From assembly GCA_030740155.1 (NCBI GenBank), contig JASLXV010000054.1, positions 1 to 64,000 on the forward strand: a DNA stretch of 64,000 bases, read 5' to 3'. The stretch is from Dehalococcoidia bacterium (GTDB lineage: Bacteria > Chloroflexota > Dehalococcoidia > Lucifugimonadales > UBA3495). Position 1 is the stretch's first letter. Each line of letters starts with the position of its first letter. The translations under genes and the position numbers were made by a program. The notes beneath the pieces were generated by a model. The model did not search any database and had not been told where the DNA came from. It saw nothing but the letters and a program-made list of their open reading frames with translations. Below, one piece after another: positions 52,759 through 64,000 of the stretch.

Positions 52759-54789
52759 ATGGTGCCTCCCGGAGATATCGGTGCGCTGCCCATCTGGGTA
52801 GGAGTCTACCTGGCGCTGGCCGTGGCCATGACGGTTTCCGGCTACGCCTTCTACAATCGGGTGGTACGCCTCATCCGCCAGGGCAAACCCGAGGCTCGCT
52901 TCGACCACCCGGTCCAGCGGCTTATGGGCGCGCTTGTCATCGTCCTCGGACAGCGCAAAGTCCTCCAACGGGTCCCGGCAGGGGACTGGGCCGGCATCGG
53001 CCACGCCACCATCTTTTGGGGCTTTCTCACCCTCCTGTTCAGCTATGGTATATTCATATTCGCCGCCTCGGCCTGGAGGCATCTTCCGGAGAAACTGTTC
53101 ACCGAGACCGGCGTCCGGGTTTATGCCACCTATCTGGACATCCTGGCGGTGGTCTTGCTGGTTATGCTGTCCTGGGCGCTGATCCGGCGGTGGGCGGTCA
53201 AGCCCCACCGGCTCAGCTTCGACCTGACCCGTAACTCCGATGCGCTGATCACCGTGGGCCTCATCGCCGGACTCATGATTACCGCCATCCTTACCCACTC
53301 CTTCTACGTGGCCGAGGGCGGGACCGGCCCGGAAGCCGACGTGATCATCGGCGGCCTGCTGGGCGACTGGTTCACCAACCTGGGGCTGGGGGTAGGCGCA
53401 GCCAACATCCTCCAGGCCGTGTTCTGGTGGAGCCACCTGGCCCTGATCCTGGGCTTCTCCATGTACATCCCCTTCTCCAAGCACATGCACATGTTCGCGG
53501 CACCCGCGAATGCCTTCTTCCGCTCCCTGGAACCCCGGGGCACGCTGCCCACCATCGACCTGGAGAATACGGAGCGGTTCGGCGCCGGACGCGTTCAGGA
53601 CTTCACCTGGAAACAGCTCCTCGACGGCTACGCCTGCGCGGTCTGCGGCCGGTGTTCCGACGCCTGCCCGGCCAACCAGACCGGGAAACTTCTCTCGCCA
53701 ATGCACATCGTGGAGGGCCTGAAAGAACACATGGTGAGCATCGGCCACCAGGGGCCTCGCAACCCGGAGCACGTCGAGCCGGCTCCTCTCATCGGCCACG
53801 CCATCTCCGAGCAGGCCATCTGGGACTGCGTTTCCTGCGGCGCGTGCATGGAGGAATGCCCCGTGGTCGTGGAGCATATCCCCACCATCGTGGACCTGCG
53901 CCGCAACCTGGTGCTGGAGGAGTCCAAGGTGCCGGAAACCGCCATGAACGCCCTGCTCAGCTTGGAGCAGCGAGGCCATCCCTGGCGGGGCACCCAATTC
54001 TCCCGCACCGACTGGGCCGAGGGCCTGGGAGTGCCCACGCTGGCGGAAAAGCCCGATGCCGAGATCCTATTCTGGGTCGGCTGCACTGGCGCTCTGGAGC
54101 AGCGCAGCCAGGGCGTGGCCCGGTCCATGGCCAAGGTGCTGAAACGCGCCGGAGTGGACTTCGCCATTCTGGGGGACGAAGAAACCTGCACCGGCGACCC
54201 GGCCCGGCGCCTGGGAAACGAATACCTGTTTCAAACCTTGGCCCAGCAAAATATCGAGACCCTGACCCGGTACGGTGTGAAGAAGGTCGTGACCATCTGT
54301 CCCCACTGCTTCAACACCATGCGCAACGAATACCCCCAGTTTGGCGGCAACTTCGAGGTTCTGCACTACAGCCAGCTCATCGACGAGCTGATCCAGCAGG
54401 GGCGGGTCAAGCCGGTCAAGACCGTCAACACCACCATGGCCTACCACGATTCCTGCTTCCTGGGCCGCCACAACGGCGTCTACGATCAGCCGCGCAAGAT
54501 CGCCAAAGCCATTCCCGGTTTGACCCTGATCGAGATGTCGCCGCGCTGCCGGGAACGGGGCTTCTGCTGCGGCGCGGGCGGCGGCCACATGTGGCTCGAA
54601 GAGAGCCAGGGCCCCCGCATCAATCACGTCAGGACCGACCACTTCCTGGAGACCCAGGCGGATACTATCGGAGTCTCCTGCCCCTACTGCCTCCAGATGT
54701 TGACCGAAGGCATCCAGGCCAAGGGTCTGGAGAACGAGAAACAGTCCCGGGACGTTCTCGAAATCCTGTCCGAAAGCCTCGGGGAGTAG
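52759..54789 (+). CDS. Membrane-bound Fe-S oxidoreductase, FadF/HdrD-like
   Basis: N-terminal TM region, PFSKHMH, CAVCGRCSDACP, CVSCGACMEECP, CTGD, YHDSC, CCGAGGG. Confidence 0.9.
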   Translation: MVPPGDIGALPIWVGVYLALAVAMTVSGYAFYNRVVRLIRQGKPEARFDHPVQRLMGALVIVLGQRKVLQRVPAGDWAGIGHATIFWGFLTLLFSYGIFIFAASAWRHLPEKLFTETGVRVYATYLDILAVVLLVMLSWALIRRWAVKPHRLSFDLTRNSDALITVGLIAGLMITAILTHSFYVAEGGTGPEADVIIGGLLGDWFTNLGLGVGAANILQAVFWWSHLALILGFSMYIPFSKHMHMFAAPANAFFRSLEPRGTLPTIDLENTERFGAGRVQDFTWKQLLDGYACAVCGRCSDACPANQTGKLLSPMHIVEGLKEHMVSIGHQGPRNPEHVEPAPLIGHAISEQAIWDCVSCGACMEECPVVVEHIPTIVDLRRNLVLEESKVPETAMNALLSLEQRGHPWRGTQFSRTDWAEGLGVPTLAEKPDAEILFWVGCTGALEQRSQGVARSMAKVLKRAGVDFAILGDEETCTGDPARRLGNEYLFQTLAQQNIETLTRYGVKKVVTICPHCFNTMRNEYPQFGGNFEVLHYSQLIDELIQQGRVKPVKTVNTTMAYHDSCFLGRHNGVYDQPRKIAKAIPGLTLIEMSPRCRERGFCCGAGGGHMWLEESQGPRINHVRTDHFLETQADTIGVSCPYCLQMLTEGIQAKGLENEKQSRDVLEILSESLGE

Positions 54790-55119
54790 CCCGCCGCGGG
54801 CTCCCGAAGGCCTTGTCACCATACATTCCAGTCTCCGCGGTAGCTCGGAAGGGCTGGGGCATGGGCCGAAAGCATTTCGCCTGAACCAGGCGGTGGGACG
54901 GGTGCCGGACGAGGTGATCGGCCCGGCCGGTTCGCCCGTCTACAGGAGCCCACCAATCAAAAGACAAGAACCTTTGCGCCCCATCCCCGGTTCGCGGAAG
55001 GATTGGGCGCCGCCCCCCTTGCGCCAGGGGAGAGAGATTGTGGATGATGCATAGGCGAATGAATAACCCGGCCACCATGCCGGAAGTGGCACAGAACCGG
55101 ATATCAAGGAAGGTGCTCC

Positions 55120-55374
55120 ATGCCGGGCGATGAGGTAACCGTCGTCCAACTGTGCGGAAAGTGCGGCTCTGAGACAGGCACTTTCGCGATCAAGAAGGAC
55201 AACCTGATGCTCACCTCCCGTGAGCAAATCTGGTGTCCCAAATGCGAGGAAGACACTCCCGAGGTTCGGGATATCGCCGGGCGCGCCGCGTCCATCCGGA
55301 CCGAAGTGGAAAGCTATCCCAAGGCCGTGCCGGCCCAGCGGCGCCCGGAAGTACCGGAAGCCCCTGATAGGTGA
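55120..55374 (+). CDS. Small Zn-ribbon-like hypothetical protein
   Basis: CGKC...CPKC; AAGGAAGG upstream. Confidence 0.6.
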   Translation: MPGDEVTVVQLCGKCGSETGTFAIKKDNLMLTSREQIWCPKCEEDTPEVRDIAGRAASIRTEVESYPKAVPAQRRPEVPEAPDR

Positions 55375-55507
55375 TCCCGGGTCTGTTACCGCTCTCCCCA
55401 ACCGGTCCATCCCTCTGAGGTAGGAAATGCGGCCCGGCTCGGAGTCGCTGGAAGCTCCAGAGACGCCGGCCGCTCTCCAATACTCTCGATCTGGCTGGAG
55501 CTAACCG

Positions 55508-56449
55508 GTGAGGTATTGGCCCGGCGGCGAAAGCTCGGAGCCCAGGCCGTTCCTGGACCCATCGGGCGCGACCCGGACACAGGCCGCAAACCCTCGCCGG
55601 ACACGCCGCAGCCCGGTCATGGTTGTCGCCGCGGCCATTCTTGTCCTGGTGGTGCTGGCAGTGACGCTGTGGACACAACTGGAGCGGCGGTTCATCTTCT
55701 TCCCGTCCTCCGACATCGTCTCCACACCGGACGATGTGGGACTTGCCTACGAGGACGTGTTCTTCACCACCAGCGACGGTTTCCGGTTGCACGCCTGGTT
55801 CGTACCCGGCACGACAGACATCACCCTGCTGTGGTTTCACGGAAACGGGGGGAACATCAGCCATCGGACCGATGATCTGGCGATGTTCCATCACCGGCTC
55901 GGGATGAACCTGATGATTATCGACTACCGCGGCTACGGCAGGAGCGATGGGAAACCATCGGAGCAAGGCACCTACCGGGACGCCCGGGCGGCCCTGCGCT
56001 ACCTTGAGGGAATGCCCGGCGTATCACCGGAGAGGATCGTCTACTTCGGGCGCTCCCTGGGGGCCGCGGTGGCGGTGGAGTTGGCCGTCGACCACCCCCC
56101 ACTGGCGCTGGTCCTGGTCTCTCCCTTCGCCTCAATCGGCGACATGGCCCGCATCGCCTTCCCCCGATTGCCGGTCGGCTGGCTGGTCCGGAACAAGTAC
56201 AACTCCCTGGCCCGCGTGGCCAAAGTCCAACGCCCCCTGCTCATCCTCCACGGAGACCGGGACGAAACGGTGCCCATTTCCCAGGGGGAGAAGCTCTTCG
56301 CGGCGGCGAACCCGCCCAAGCGGTTTCAGGTCCTGCTTGGGACGGGGCACAACGACTCCCTCGCCGGCGGCGAGACAGACCATTGGGAGGTGCTGGAGGA
56401 GTTCTTGGCCGAATTGACGGCCGGTGAAGCCGGTGCCGAAACCGATTGA
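55508..56449 (+). CDS. Alpha/beta hydrolase with N-terminal membrane anchor (start uncertain)
   Basis: FHGNGGN, DYRGYG, GRSLG, HGDRDE, GHND. Confidence 0.88.
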   Translation: MRYWPGGESSEPRPFLDPSGATRTQAANPRRTRRSPVMVVAAAILVLVVLAVTLWTQLERRFIFFPSSDIVSTPDDVGLAYEDVFFTTSDGFRLHAWFVPGTTDITLLWFHGNGGNISHRTDDLAMFHHRLGMNLMIIDYRGYGRSDGKPSEQGTYRDARAALRYLEGMPGVSPERIVYFGRSLGAAVAVELAVDHPPLALVLVSPFASIGDMARIAFPRLPVGWLVRNKYNSLARVAKVQRPLLILHGDRDETVPISQGEKLFAAANPPKRFQVLLGTGHNDSLAGGETDHWEVLEEFLAELTAGEAGAETD

Positions 56450-56506
56450 CATCCCCGGTCCGGCTCAATATCATCCTCCCCTTTCGACATCGGCTGGGGA
56501 TGCACC

Positions 56507-56770
56507 TTGGCAACCACGAAAAAGCTGGAGTTGGAAATCCTTTACTGTCAGGATTGAGGCCACGCCCCACGCGCCGCCTGGATGGCGGGAGAAGCCTTGA
56601 GCCGCGCTGATGGGCATATCGCCAGCTTCAAGCTGACCCCCGGGCCCCACGGCAAGTTCGACGTAGTTGTCGATGGCCAGGTGATAGCCGAGCACCGCCA
56701 CGAGCCCAACGCCCACATCTTTCCCGACCTTCAAGACCTGATGAAGGTGATCAACACCCGCGTCGGCTGA
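56507..56770 (+). CDS. SelW/Rdx-family selenoprotein (Sec at TGA 56555-56557)
   Basis: Manual from TTG56507: MATTKKLELEILYCQD-U-GHAPRAAWMAGE...LTPGPHGKFDVVVDG...FPD; CxxU; hairpin CCGCC-TGGAT-GGCGG at 56574-56588. Confidence 0.88.
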
Positions 56771-56884
56771 CTAGCCGGGCGCCGTGGAAGCCACCGGGTG
56801 CCGCCGGAGTCAACTTTCACTGCCTCCGGACGCACCCCGTAGCGCGGCGGCTAACCGCAGCGCCCAATACCGGCGAGCCGGAGG

Positions 56885-57079
56885 CTAGACCTTCTCGGCG
56901 TAGTCCAGGTTGTGCAGGTATTTGTTTCCCTCCCCTTCGCCCTCCACGATCACCACTTCATGCACGAAGTCGTCGTTGGCTTCCAGTGTCTGGGTGACCC
57001 CCGTGGTCTCGACCACCAGGCCGCCCCGGGTCTTGAACCGCAACCCGGATTCGATGCTTTCCTGCTTCGCGTAGCTCAA
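56885..57079 (-). CDS. Small hypothetical protein
   Basis: TTG57079 after GGAGGGGGAG; host-like codon usage; TTGACT-N17-TAGACT promoter upstream. Confidence 0.55.
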   Translation of the reverse strand: MSYAKQESIESGLRFKTRGGLVVETTGVTQTLEANDDFVHEVVIVEGEGEGNKYLHNLDYAEKV

Positions 57080-57421
57080 TGAACTCCCCTCCCCTTCGGA
57101 TAGTTTTCTGACTGGGCATCCTATAAGCGAACTTGATCTATTTTTCCCGCCCTCAGCCCAGATCGGCATCTCAAGGGCGTGGGAAAACCCGGCGCCAGAA
57201 GTCTACAAACCCTGGTGGCCGGAGTCAAGCTTTTTGCGGGTAGCCCATCGCGTGGAACGGAACTCCTTGAAGGCGTTCCATCGTCGGCCGCACCGGCGGC
57301 AGAACTCTCCTTCTGGCACTTGACGTTGGCCGTTGCGGTATATCCCGCCGGCCTGGGCATGCCGTGCTCTCCCCTGTAGCGTCCATTGCCGGCGAGCCAG
57401 AGTACTTCCCGAGGCGAACCT

Positions 57422-57715
57422 CTACACGCCCGAGATTATCTCCGTTTCGTAATCCAGCAACACCAGGTCATCCCGGCTCCGCTCAACGAAAGAGACCACG
57501 TGAGAAAGGATTTCATGGGCGTGAGCGGAATCGTTGGTGACGCAGCATACTCCCAGCGTCAGCCGTTGCCACAGGTCATTATCGGCCACCTCCGCCACGG
57601 CCACGTTAAATTGGTTCCTGATCCGCGCCGTCAAGGAGCGGGCCACCTGTCGTTTGGCCTTCAAGCTGTTGGCATCCGGCAAATGCAGCATCAGCCGGCA
57701 CACCCCAATATGCAA
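57422..57715 (-). CDS. DUF503 (YlxP-like) protein
   Basis: SLKAKRQV, FNVAVAEV..NDLWQR; TTG57715 after GGAGG. Confidence 0.85.
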   Translation of the reverse strand: MHIGVCRLMLHLPDANSLKAKRQVARSLTARIRNQFNVAVAEVADNDLWQRLTLGVCCVTNDSAHAHEILSHVVSFVERSRDDLVLLDYETEIISGV

Positions 57716-57772
57716 TTCCAGCCTCCGGAGGCGTTTCATTCCGTCAGATTGACACGCAGATTGACACGGGAT

Positions 57773-57790
57773 TTGTGCCAATCTTCACAA
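57773..57790. promoter_or_regulatory. Rex operator
   Basis: TTGTGCCAATCTTCACAA vs consensus TTGTGAA-N4-TTCACAA, adjacent to TTGACT -35 upstream of rex. Confidence 0.75.
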
Positions 57791-57960
57791 ATACCTTGAC
57801 TCGATCCAAATCCTCATTATAGATTATAGACGGATTAAACCTGAGTTGGGTCCATCAATTGAAACCCGGTTGGTTTTCGCTCACCGCCGTTCAGCCAGGC
57901 CGCGCGGGCCGGATTGCCGGTTTGCCGGCTTGAACGAGGTGTGAAGGAGCACATATTGCC

Positions 57961-58623
57961 ATGGCGGGTAAGCCTGAACCGCAGCGGCAGCCCAGGCCTG
58001 AGGTTCCAGAGGTGGTGGTCACGCGGCTGCCACAGTACGTCCGCATCCTCGGACGCCTGGAACAGGAGGGCTCCGAGGTAGTCAGCTCCCAGCAACTGGG
58101 GGAAAAGCTTCAGGTAACCCCCGCTCAGATACGGAAAGACCTCAGCTATTTCGGCCGGTTCGGCAAGCAGGGCCGGGGTTACAGCGTCCGCCATCTGCTG
58201 GACCGGTTACGGGAGATCCTGGGCCTCGATATCCACTGGGACGTGGCGGTGGTGGGCGTGGGCCGCCTGGGAAGGGCCATCATCAGCTATCCCGGTTTCA
58301 CCCCCGACGGGTTCCGTCTGATCGCCGCTTTCGATGCCAACCCGGAAGTCGTGGGCCGGAAGGTGGGCGGCCTGACCGTGGAATCCATGGAGAAACTGGA
58401 AGAGCAGTTCAGGATCAAACAAATCAGCATAGCGATCGTGGCGGTCCCCGTCAGCCACACTCAAGAGGTGGTTGACCTCCTGATAGAGTGCGGTGTCCGG
58501 GCTATCGTGAACTACACGCCGACATCGCCCCAGGTCAGCAAAGGGGTGAAGATACGGAATATCGACCCGGTGCTCTCACTCCAATCGATGACCTACTACC
58601 TGACCGATCCCGAGCCTCGATAG
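57961..58623 (+). CDS. rex: Redox-sensing transcriptional repressor Rex
   Basis: RLPQY, QIRKDLSYFGRFGKQGRGY, VGVGRLGRA. Confidence 0.95.
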   Translation: MAGKPEPQRQPRPEVPEVVVTRLPQYVRILGRLEQEGSEVVSSQQLGEKLQVTPAQIRKDLSYFGRFGKQGRGYSVRHLLDRLREILGLDIHWDVAVVGVGRLGRAIISYPGFTPDGFRLIAAFDANPEVVGRKVGGLTVESMEKLEEQFRIKQISIAIVAVPVSHTQEVVDLLIECGVRAIVNYTPTSPQVSKGVKIRNIDPVLSLQSMTYYLTDPEPR

Positions 58624-58703
58624 TCCGGTACCGGCGCCCCGTACATCCAGCAGGGGGCGCCTCGCCTTCGAGGGCCGGGCAACCCGGCCCGCCGGTTTAG
58701 CCT

Positions 58704-59162
58704 TTATCCGGAAGCGCTTGGGCCGGAGTCCGCCGCACCCGGCGAGATGCCGCTCCGGACCCGCCGCCGGCGGACCACGTTCAAACGAATCTGGGCCCGC
58801 CGGATGGCCATTACCGCGCGCTCCATCTGCAGGTCCTCTGCCTGGTGGGCCAGGCGCTCTTTGGCCCGTTCCACCGCCGTCTGGGCCCGGGCTTCGTCAA
58901 TCTCGTCGGCCCGCTCGCAGGCATCGGCCAGGATGGTCACCTTGTTGCCGATGACCTCCATGAAGCCCCCAGTAACGGCCAGGAAAGTACCCTGTCCATC
59001 TATGCGAATCGCCACTTCCCCGGGTTGTAGAATGGTCATCAGAGGGGCGTGGTGAGGCAAAATTCCCAGTTCACCATCAATTCCGGGGGCGACCACCATC
59101 TCCACATCGTCACCGAAGACTTGCCGCTCCGCGGTGATGATCTCCAACTGCATCGTTGCCAT
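58704..59162 (-). CDS. atpC: ATP synthase F1 epsilon
   Basis: GELGILPHHAP, GGFMEV. Confidence 0.95.
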   Translation of the reverse strand: MATMQLEIITAERQVFGDDVEMVVAPGIDGELGILPHHAPLMTILQPGEVAIRIDGQGTFLAVTGGFMEVIGNKVTILADACERADEIDEARAQTAVERAKERLAHQAEDLQMERAVMAIRRAQIRLNVVRRRRVRSGISPGAADSGPSASG

Positions 59163-59173
59163 GGCGCAGCCCC

Positions 59174-60583
<1,410 letters not shown>

Positions 60584-60595
60584 TTACTGTTCCCT

Positions 60596-61459
60596 CTAGC
60601 CCTCGAGGGCTATCATCCCGCCAACTAGGTCCAGAAGCTCATTGGTGATGCTGTCCTGGCGCAGCTTGTTCATGACCAGGGTCAGGTCGTCGACCAACCC
60701 GTTAGCGTTGTCCGTGGCGGCGCGCATGGCCACCATCCGGGCCGACTGCTCGCTGGCGATGGACTCCAGCAGGGCGTGATACACCTCCATCTCCACGAAC
60801 CGCGGCAGCAGGTTCCCCAAGACCGTGATGGGATTGGGCTCGTAGATGTAGCCCACCCGTTCCGGCGCGGTGAGGGCTGCCGGTGTCACCGGCAGCAGCT
60901 TCTCCACCACGGGCACCTGGGACAGGGTGGACACGTACTTGGTGTAGGCCAAGTACACCTCATCCACCTCCCCTTCCGTGTACGCGTCGATCACCAGGTG
61001 GGAGACGGCCATGGTATCGGCCTGAGCCGGACTTTCTCCCATGTCGGTGAATACCGCCTTCAAGTCTTGCGAAGTGCGGACCATGAAATCGCGCGCCTTT
61101 CGCCCAACCACGATCACCCGGCAGGGCGCGGCCTGCTCCAACACGAACTGGCCCACTCTGCGATTGAGGTTGGAAACCAGGCCGCCGCAGAGACCTCGGT
61201 CCGGGCTGATCGCCAGGACCCCGATCCGCTGCACCGGCCTTTCGCGAAGCAGAGCGTGGGGCCCTCCGCCTTCCTCGCTGGGCTGGGCCGCCAGGTGGGA
61301 GATGATCTCCTGGATCTTCTCTGCGTAGGGACGGCCCTGAGTGACCGCCATCTGCGCCCGGCGCATCTTGGACGCGGCGATCAACGACATGGCGTTGGTC
61401 ACCTTGCCCGTGTTTTGCACGCTTCGTATGCGGCGGCGCAAGTCTCTTACATTGGCCAC
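60596..61459 (-). CDS. atpG: ATP synthase F1 gamma
   Basis: DRGLCG, SEQSARMVAM..ATDNA, RQDSITNEL. Confidence 0.96.
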   Translation of the reverse strand: MANVRDLRRRIRSVQNTGKVTNAMSLIAASKMRRAQMAVTQGRPYAEKIQEIISHLAAQPSEEGGGPHALLRERPVQRIGVLAISPDRGLCGGLVSNLNRRVGQFVLEQAAPCRVIVVGRKARDFMVRTSQDLKAVFTDMGESPAQADTMAVSHLVIDAYTEGEVDEVYLAYTKYVSTLSQVPVVEKLLPVTPAALTAPERVGYIYEPNPITVLGNLLPRFVEMEVYHALLESIASEQSARMVAMRAATDNANGLVDDLTLVMNKLRQDSITNELLDLVGGMIALEG

Positions 61460-61748
61460 GTGGTCATTCCCTTTTTCAACATCCCCAGAGGGGGCCGGTC
61501 TTCCACATCAGCGAGGGGCCATCGCCAGACCTGCTGGCAAGTTTCATTCCTCGTGGCGGGCCGGTCCCCACCGACTGCGGACAATTGCTTCGAATCTAGT
61601 GCCCCTGATGCACCCCCCTACTACGAAGGGGGTCGAGCTTCCGGTCAGGACCAGAGTCCCCGGCCTACAGTTTCACCATCCTCCCCTGCGTCTGGGGAGC
61701 GACCGTTGCGCCGGCGTAACGACAGTTGTCGCAATCGTCAGGAGGGGC

Positions 61749-63260
61749 CTAGGCGGTGAAGGTGGCCTTGAAATCGGTGATGGCCTTGGTCAGCTCGGCC
61801 TCGACCTCCGTCGTCAGGTCCCCGGTTTCACCGATGCTCTTCATCAGGTCCGGATTGGCGCTGGTCACCTGGCGAAGCAACCCGTCTTCAAAAGCGCCGC
61901 ACTGGTCCAGGGGCAACCCTTCGAGGAGACCCTCGTTGACCGCGTACAGGATGACCACCTCTTCCGCGAGGGACAAGGGCCGGTATTGGGGTTGCTTCAA
62001 TACCTCGGTGGCCAGCTGGCCCCGGGTCAGTTGGGCCCTGGTGGCCGCGTCCAGATCAGAGGTGCCGAACTGGGCAAAGGTGGCCAGTTCCCGGTACTGG
62101 GCGAGGTCCAGCCGGAGCCGCCCCGCCACGCGGCGGATGGCCCGGCTCTGAGCGGCGCCGCCGACGCGGGAAACGGAAAGGCCGACGTTGACCGCCGGAC
62201 GGATCCCGCTGTTGAACAACTCCGGCTCCAGGTAGATCTGGCCGTCGGTAATGGAGATAACGTTGGTCGGAATGTAAGCCGAGACGTCTCCCGCCTGAGT
62301 TTCTATGATGGGAAGCGCCGTAATGGAGCCGCCGCCCAATTCATCGCTCAGCTTGGCTGACCGCTCCAGCAGGCGGCTGTGCAGGTAGAAGATGTCTCCG
62401 GGGTAAGCCTCCCGCCCGGCGGGCCGGCGCAGCAAGAGGGACATCTGCCGGTAGGCCCAGGCGTGCTTCGTCAGGTCGTCATAGACGATCAAGACATCCT
62501 TGCCCTGGCCCATGAACTCCTCGGCCATCGAGCACCCCGCATAGGGGGCAATATACTGTAAGGGCGCGGATTCCGAAGCCCCGGCGTTGACCACGATGGT
62601 GTGGGCCATGGCCCCGTTTTCTTCCAGTATGCCCACCACCTGGGCCACCTTGCCCTGTTTCTGGCCGATGGCCACGTAGATGCAGACCAGGTCGCCGCCT
62701 TTCTGATTGATGATCGTGTCCAGCGCGATGGCGGTCTTGCCGGTGGTCCGGTCGCCGATGATCAGCTCCCGCTGTCCCCGGCCGATGGGTATCATGGCGT
62801 CCACGGCCTTGATGCCCGTCTGTACCGGGGTATCCACCGATTTGCGGGCCACCACGTTGGGAGCGGTCCGTTCCACCGGCTGGGTGCCAGTGCTGGCGAT
62901 AGGACCCTTGCCGTCCAGGGGCCGCCCGAGGGGATCGACAACGCGGCCGATCAGCGCATCGCCCACCGGCACTTCGATGATCCTGCCGGTGGACCGCACG
63001 CGGTCGCCTTCCTTCACCGAGTTGGGATCGCCCAAGATGGCGGCCCCTACCAGGTCTGCTTCCAGGTTCAGCGCCAACCCCAGGACATCGTTGCCAAAGT
63101 CCAACAGCTCGTTGGCGCGGGCGCCTCGCAGGCCCTGGATACTGGCAATACCGTCGCCTACTCCCACCACCGTTCCCACGTCCACCAGGGTCAGGTCGCC
63201 GCCGAACTCCTCAATCTGCCGCTTGATCAGAGATACAATTTCCTGTCCCCTAGTCGCCAT
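61749..63260 (-). CDS. atpA: ATP synthase F1 alpha
   Basis: [31 protein letters not shown]. Confidence 0.98.
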   Translation of the reverse strand: MATRGQEIVSLIKRQIEEFGGDLTLVDVGTVVGVGDGIASIQGLRGARANELLDFGNDVLGLALNLEADLVGAAILGDPNSVKEGDRVRSTGRIIEVPVGDALIGRVVDPLGRPLDGKGPIASTGTQPVERTAPNVVARKSVDTPVQTGIKAVDAMIPIGRGQRELIIGDRTTGKTAIALDTIINQKGGDLVCIYVAIGQKQGKVAQVVGILEENGAMAHTIVVNAGASESAPLQYIAPYAGCSMAEEFMGQGKDVLIVYDDLTKHAWAYRQMSLLLRRPAGREAYPGDIFYLHSRLLERSAKLSDELGGGSITALPIIETQAGDVSAYIPTNVISITDGQIYLEPELFNSGIRPAVNVGLSVSRVGGAAQSRAIRRVAGRLRLDLAQYRELATFAQFGTSDLDAATRAQLTRGQLATEVLKQPQYRPLSLAEEVVILYAVNEGLLEGLPLDQCGAFEDGLLRQVTSANPDLMKSIGETGDLTTEVEAELTKAITDFKATFTA

Positions 63261-63456
63261 TGGCGCCGCTCCTTCGTAACCCCTTAAAGCGTGTTATCTG
63301 CCCGCCAGTCCCGGCTCGCCAGGTCCAGCTCCGTCTTGTTATTCATTAAAAAAGCCAGGTCTTCCCGCCAAAGTTGAAAGGCCGTTCGCCTCTTCGGCGG
63401 CTCCGGCCTGGCCGGAAGGCCTTAACTCGACCCTGTTTTCGCCTTTCGCCTGGCTC

Positions 63457-64000
63457 TCAGGCCCCCGTGGTCATAACCTCTGAGTGCAATCGGCCGCGCA
63501 AAGAGTCCAGCTGGGACCGGGTGCTGCCGTCCAACAACTGGTCCCCAATTTGGATAACCAGACCGCCCAGGATGGCTTCATCCACCTGAGTGGAGACCAC
63601 GACCTCTTTCCCGGCCAGCTTGGAGACGAATTGGGTAATCTGCTCCAATTCCTGCTGGTCCAGAGGCACGGCCGAAATCACCTGAACTCGCTGCCGGCCC
63701 AGGTGCTCATCCAGGAGAACCCCATACGACTCCCGAACCTCGGGGACCAAATCCACCAGGCCCTTTGCAACCAGAAGGTCGACCAGGTTGCGGATCAGCG
63801 GGTGGACCTCCGGCAGCACTTGACCGATGGCATTAAATTTGCTCTCAACGGGAACGTCCGCGTGCTTCAGGAAAGCCATGAAGTCCTCGTTCCCAACGGC
63901 CTGATCGACGGCCTCCAGATCGCTGGCCCACAGGTCCAGATGGCCGCCTTCCTTCGCCAGCTCGAACATCGCCTGGGCGTACCGCTTTCCCGAGATTTTT
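63457..64000 (-). CDS. atpH: ATP synthase F1 delta (start lies beyond window end)
   Basis: KISGKRYAQAMFELA at edge; ILGGLVIQIGDQLLDGS. Confidence 0.92.
   Translation of the reverse strand, partial: KISGKRYAQAMFELAKEGGHLDLWASDLEAVDQAVGNEDFMAFLKHADVPVESKFNAIGQVLPEVHPLIRNLVDLLVAKGLVDLVPEVRESYGVLLDEHLGRQRVQVISAVPLDQQELEQITQFVSKLAGKEVVVSTQVDEAILGGLVIQIGDQLLDGSTRSQLDSLRGRLHSEVMTTGA

Overview
GC-rich bacterial chromosome segment; gene content (luciferase-like monooxygenase, CMD, MmgE/PrpD, GGT, several MFS transporters, FadF-like Fe-S protein, Rex, F1 ATPase operon) suggests Chloroflexota/Dehalococcoidia, SAR202-like (inference). Housekeeping genes: uvrA, queF-D-C-E, rex, atpH-A-G-D-C. Main hidden signals: (1) four selenoprotein genes split by the ORF track at in-frame TGA codons (GrdB-like, GrdA, a UGSC-motif protein, a SelW/Rdx protein), each with a SECIS-like hairpin; (2) a glycine/betaine-reductase-like grdB-E-C-A cluster with no grdD/trx in the window, interrupted by a cassette-like island carrying two TA pairs whose toxins are broken; (3) two phage head-packaging loci (prohead protease; Zn-ribbon + large terminase) 7 kb apart among host genes that share the same promoter + hairpin leader, suggesting a dispersed, co-regulated phage-derived (GTA-like) system, both copies damaged here; (4) attC-like sites without an integrase; (5) several palindromic REP-like repeat families and pseudogenes.
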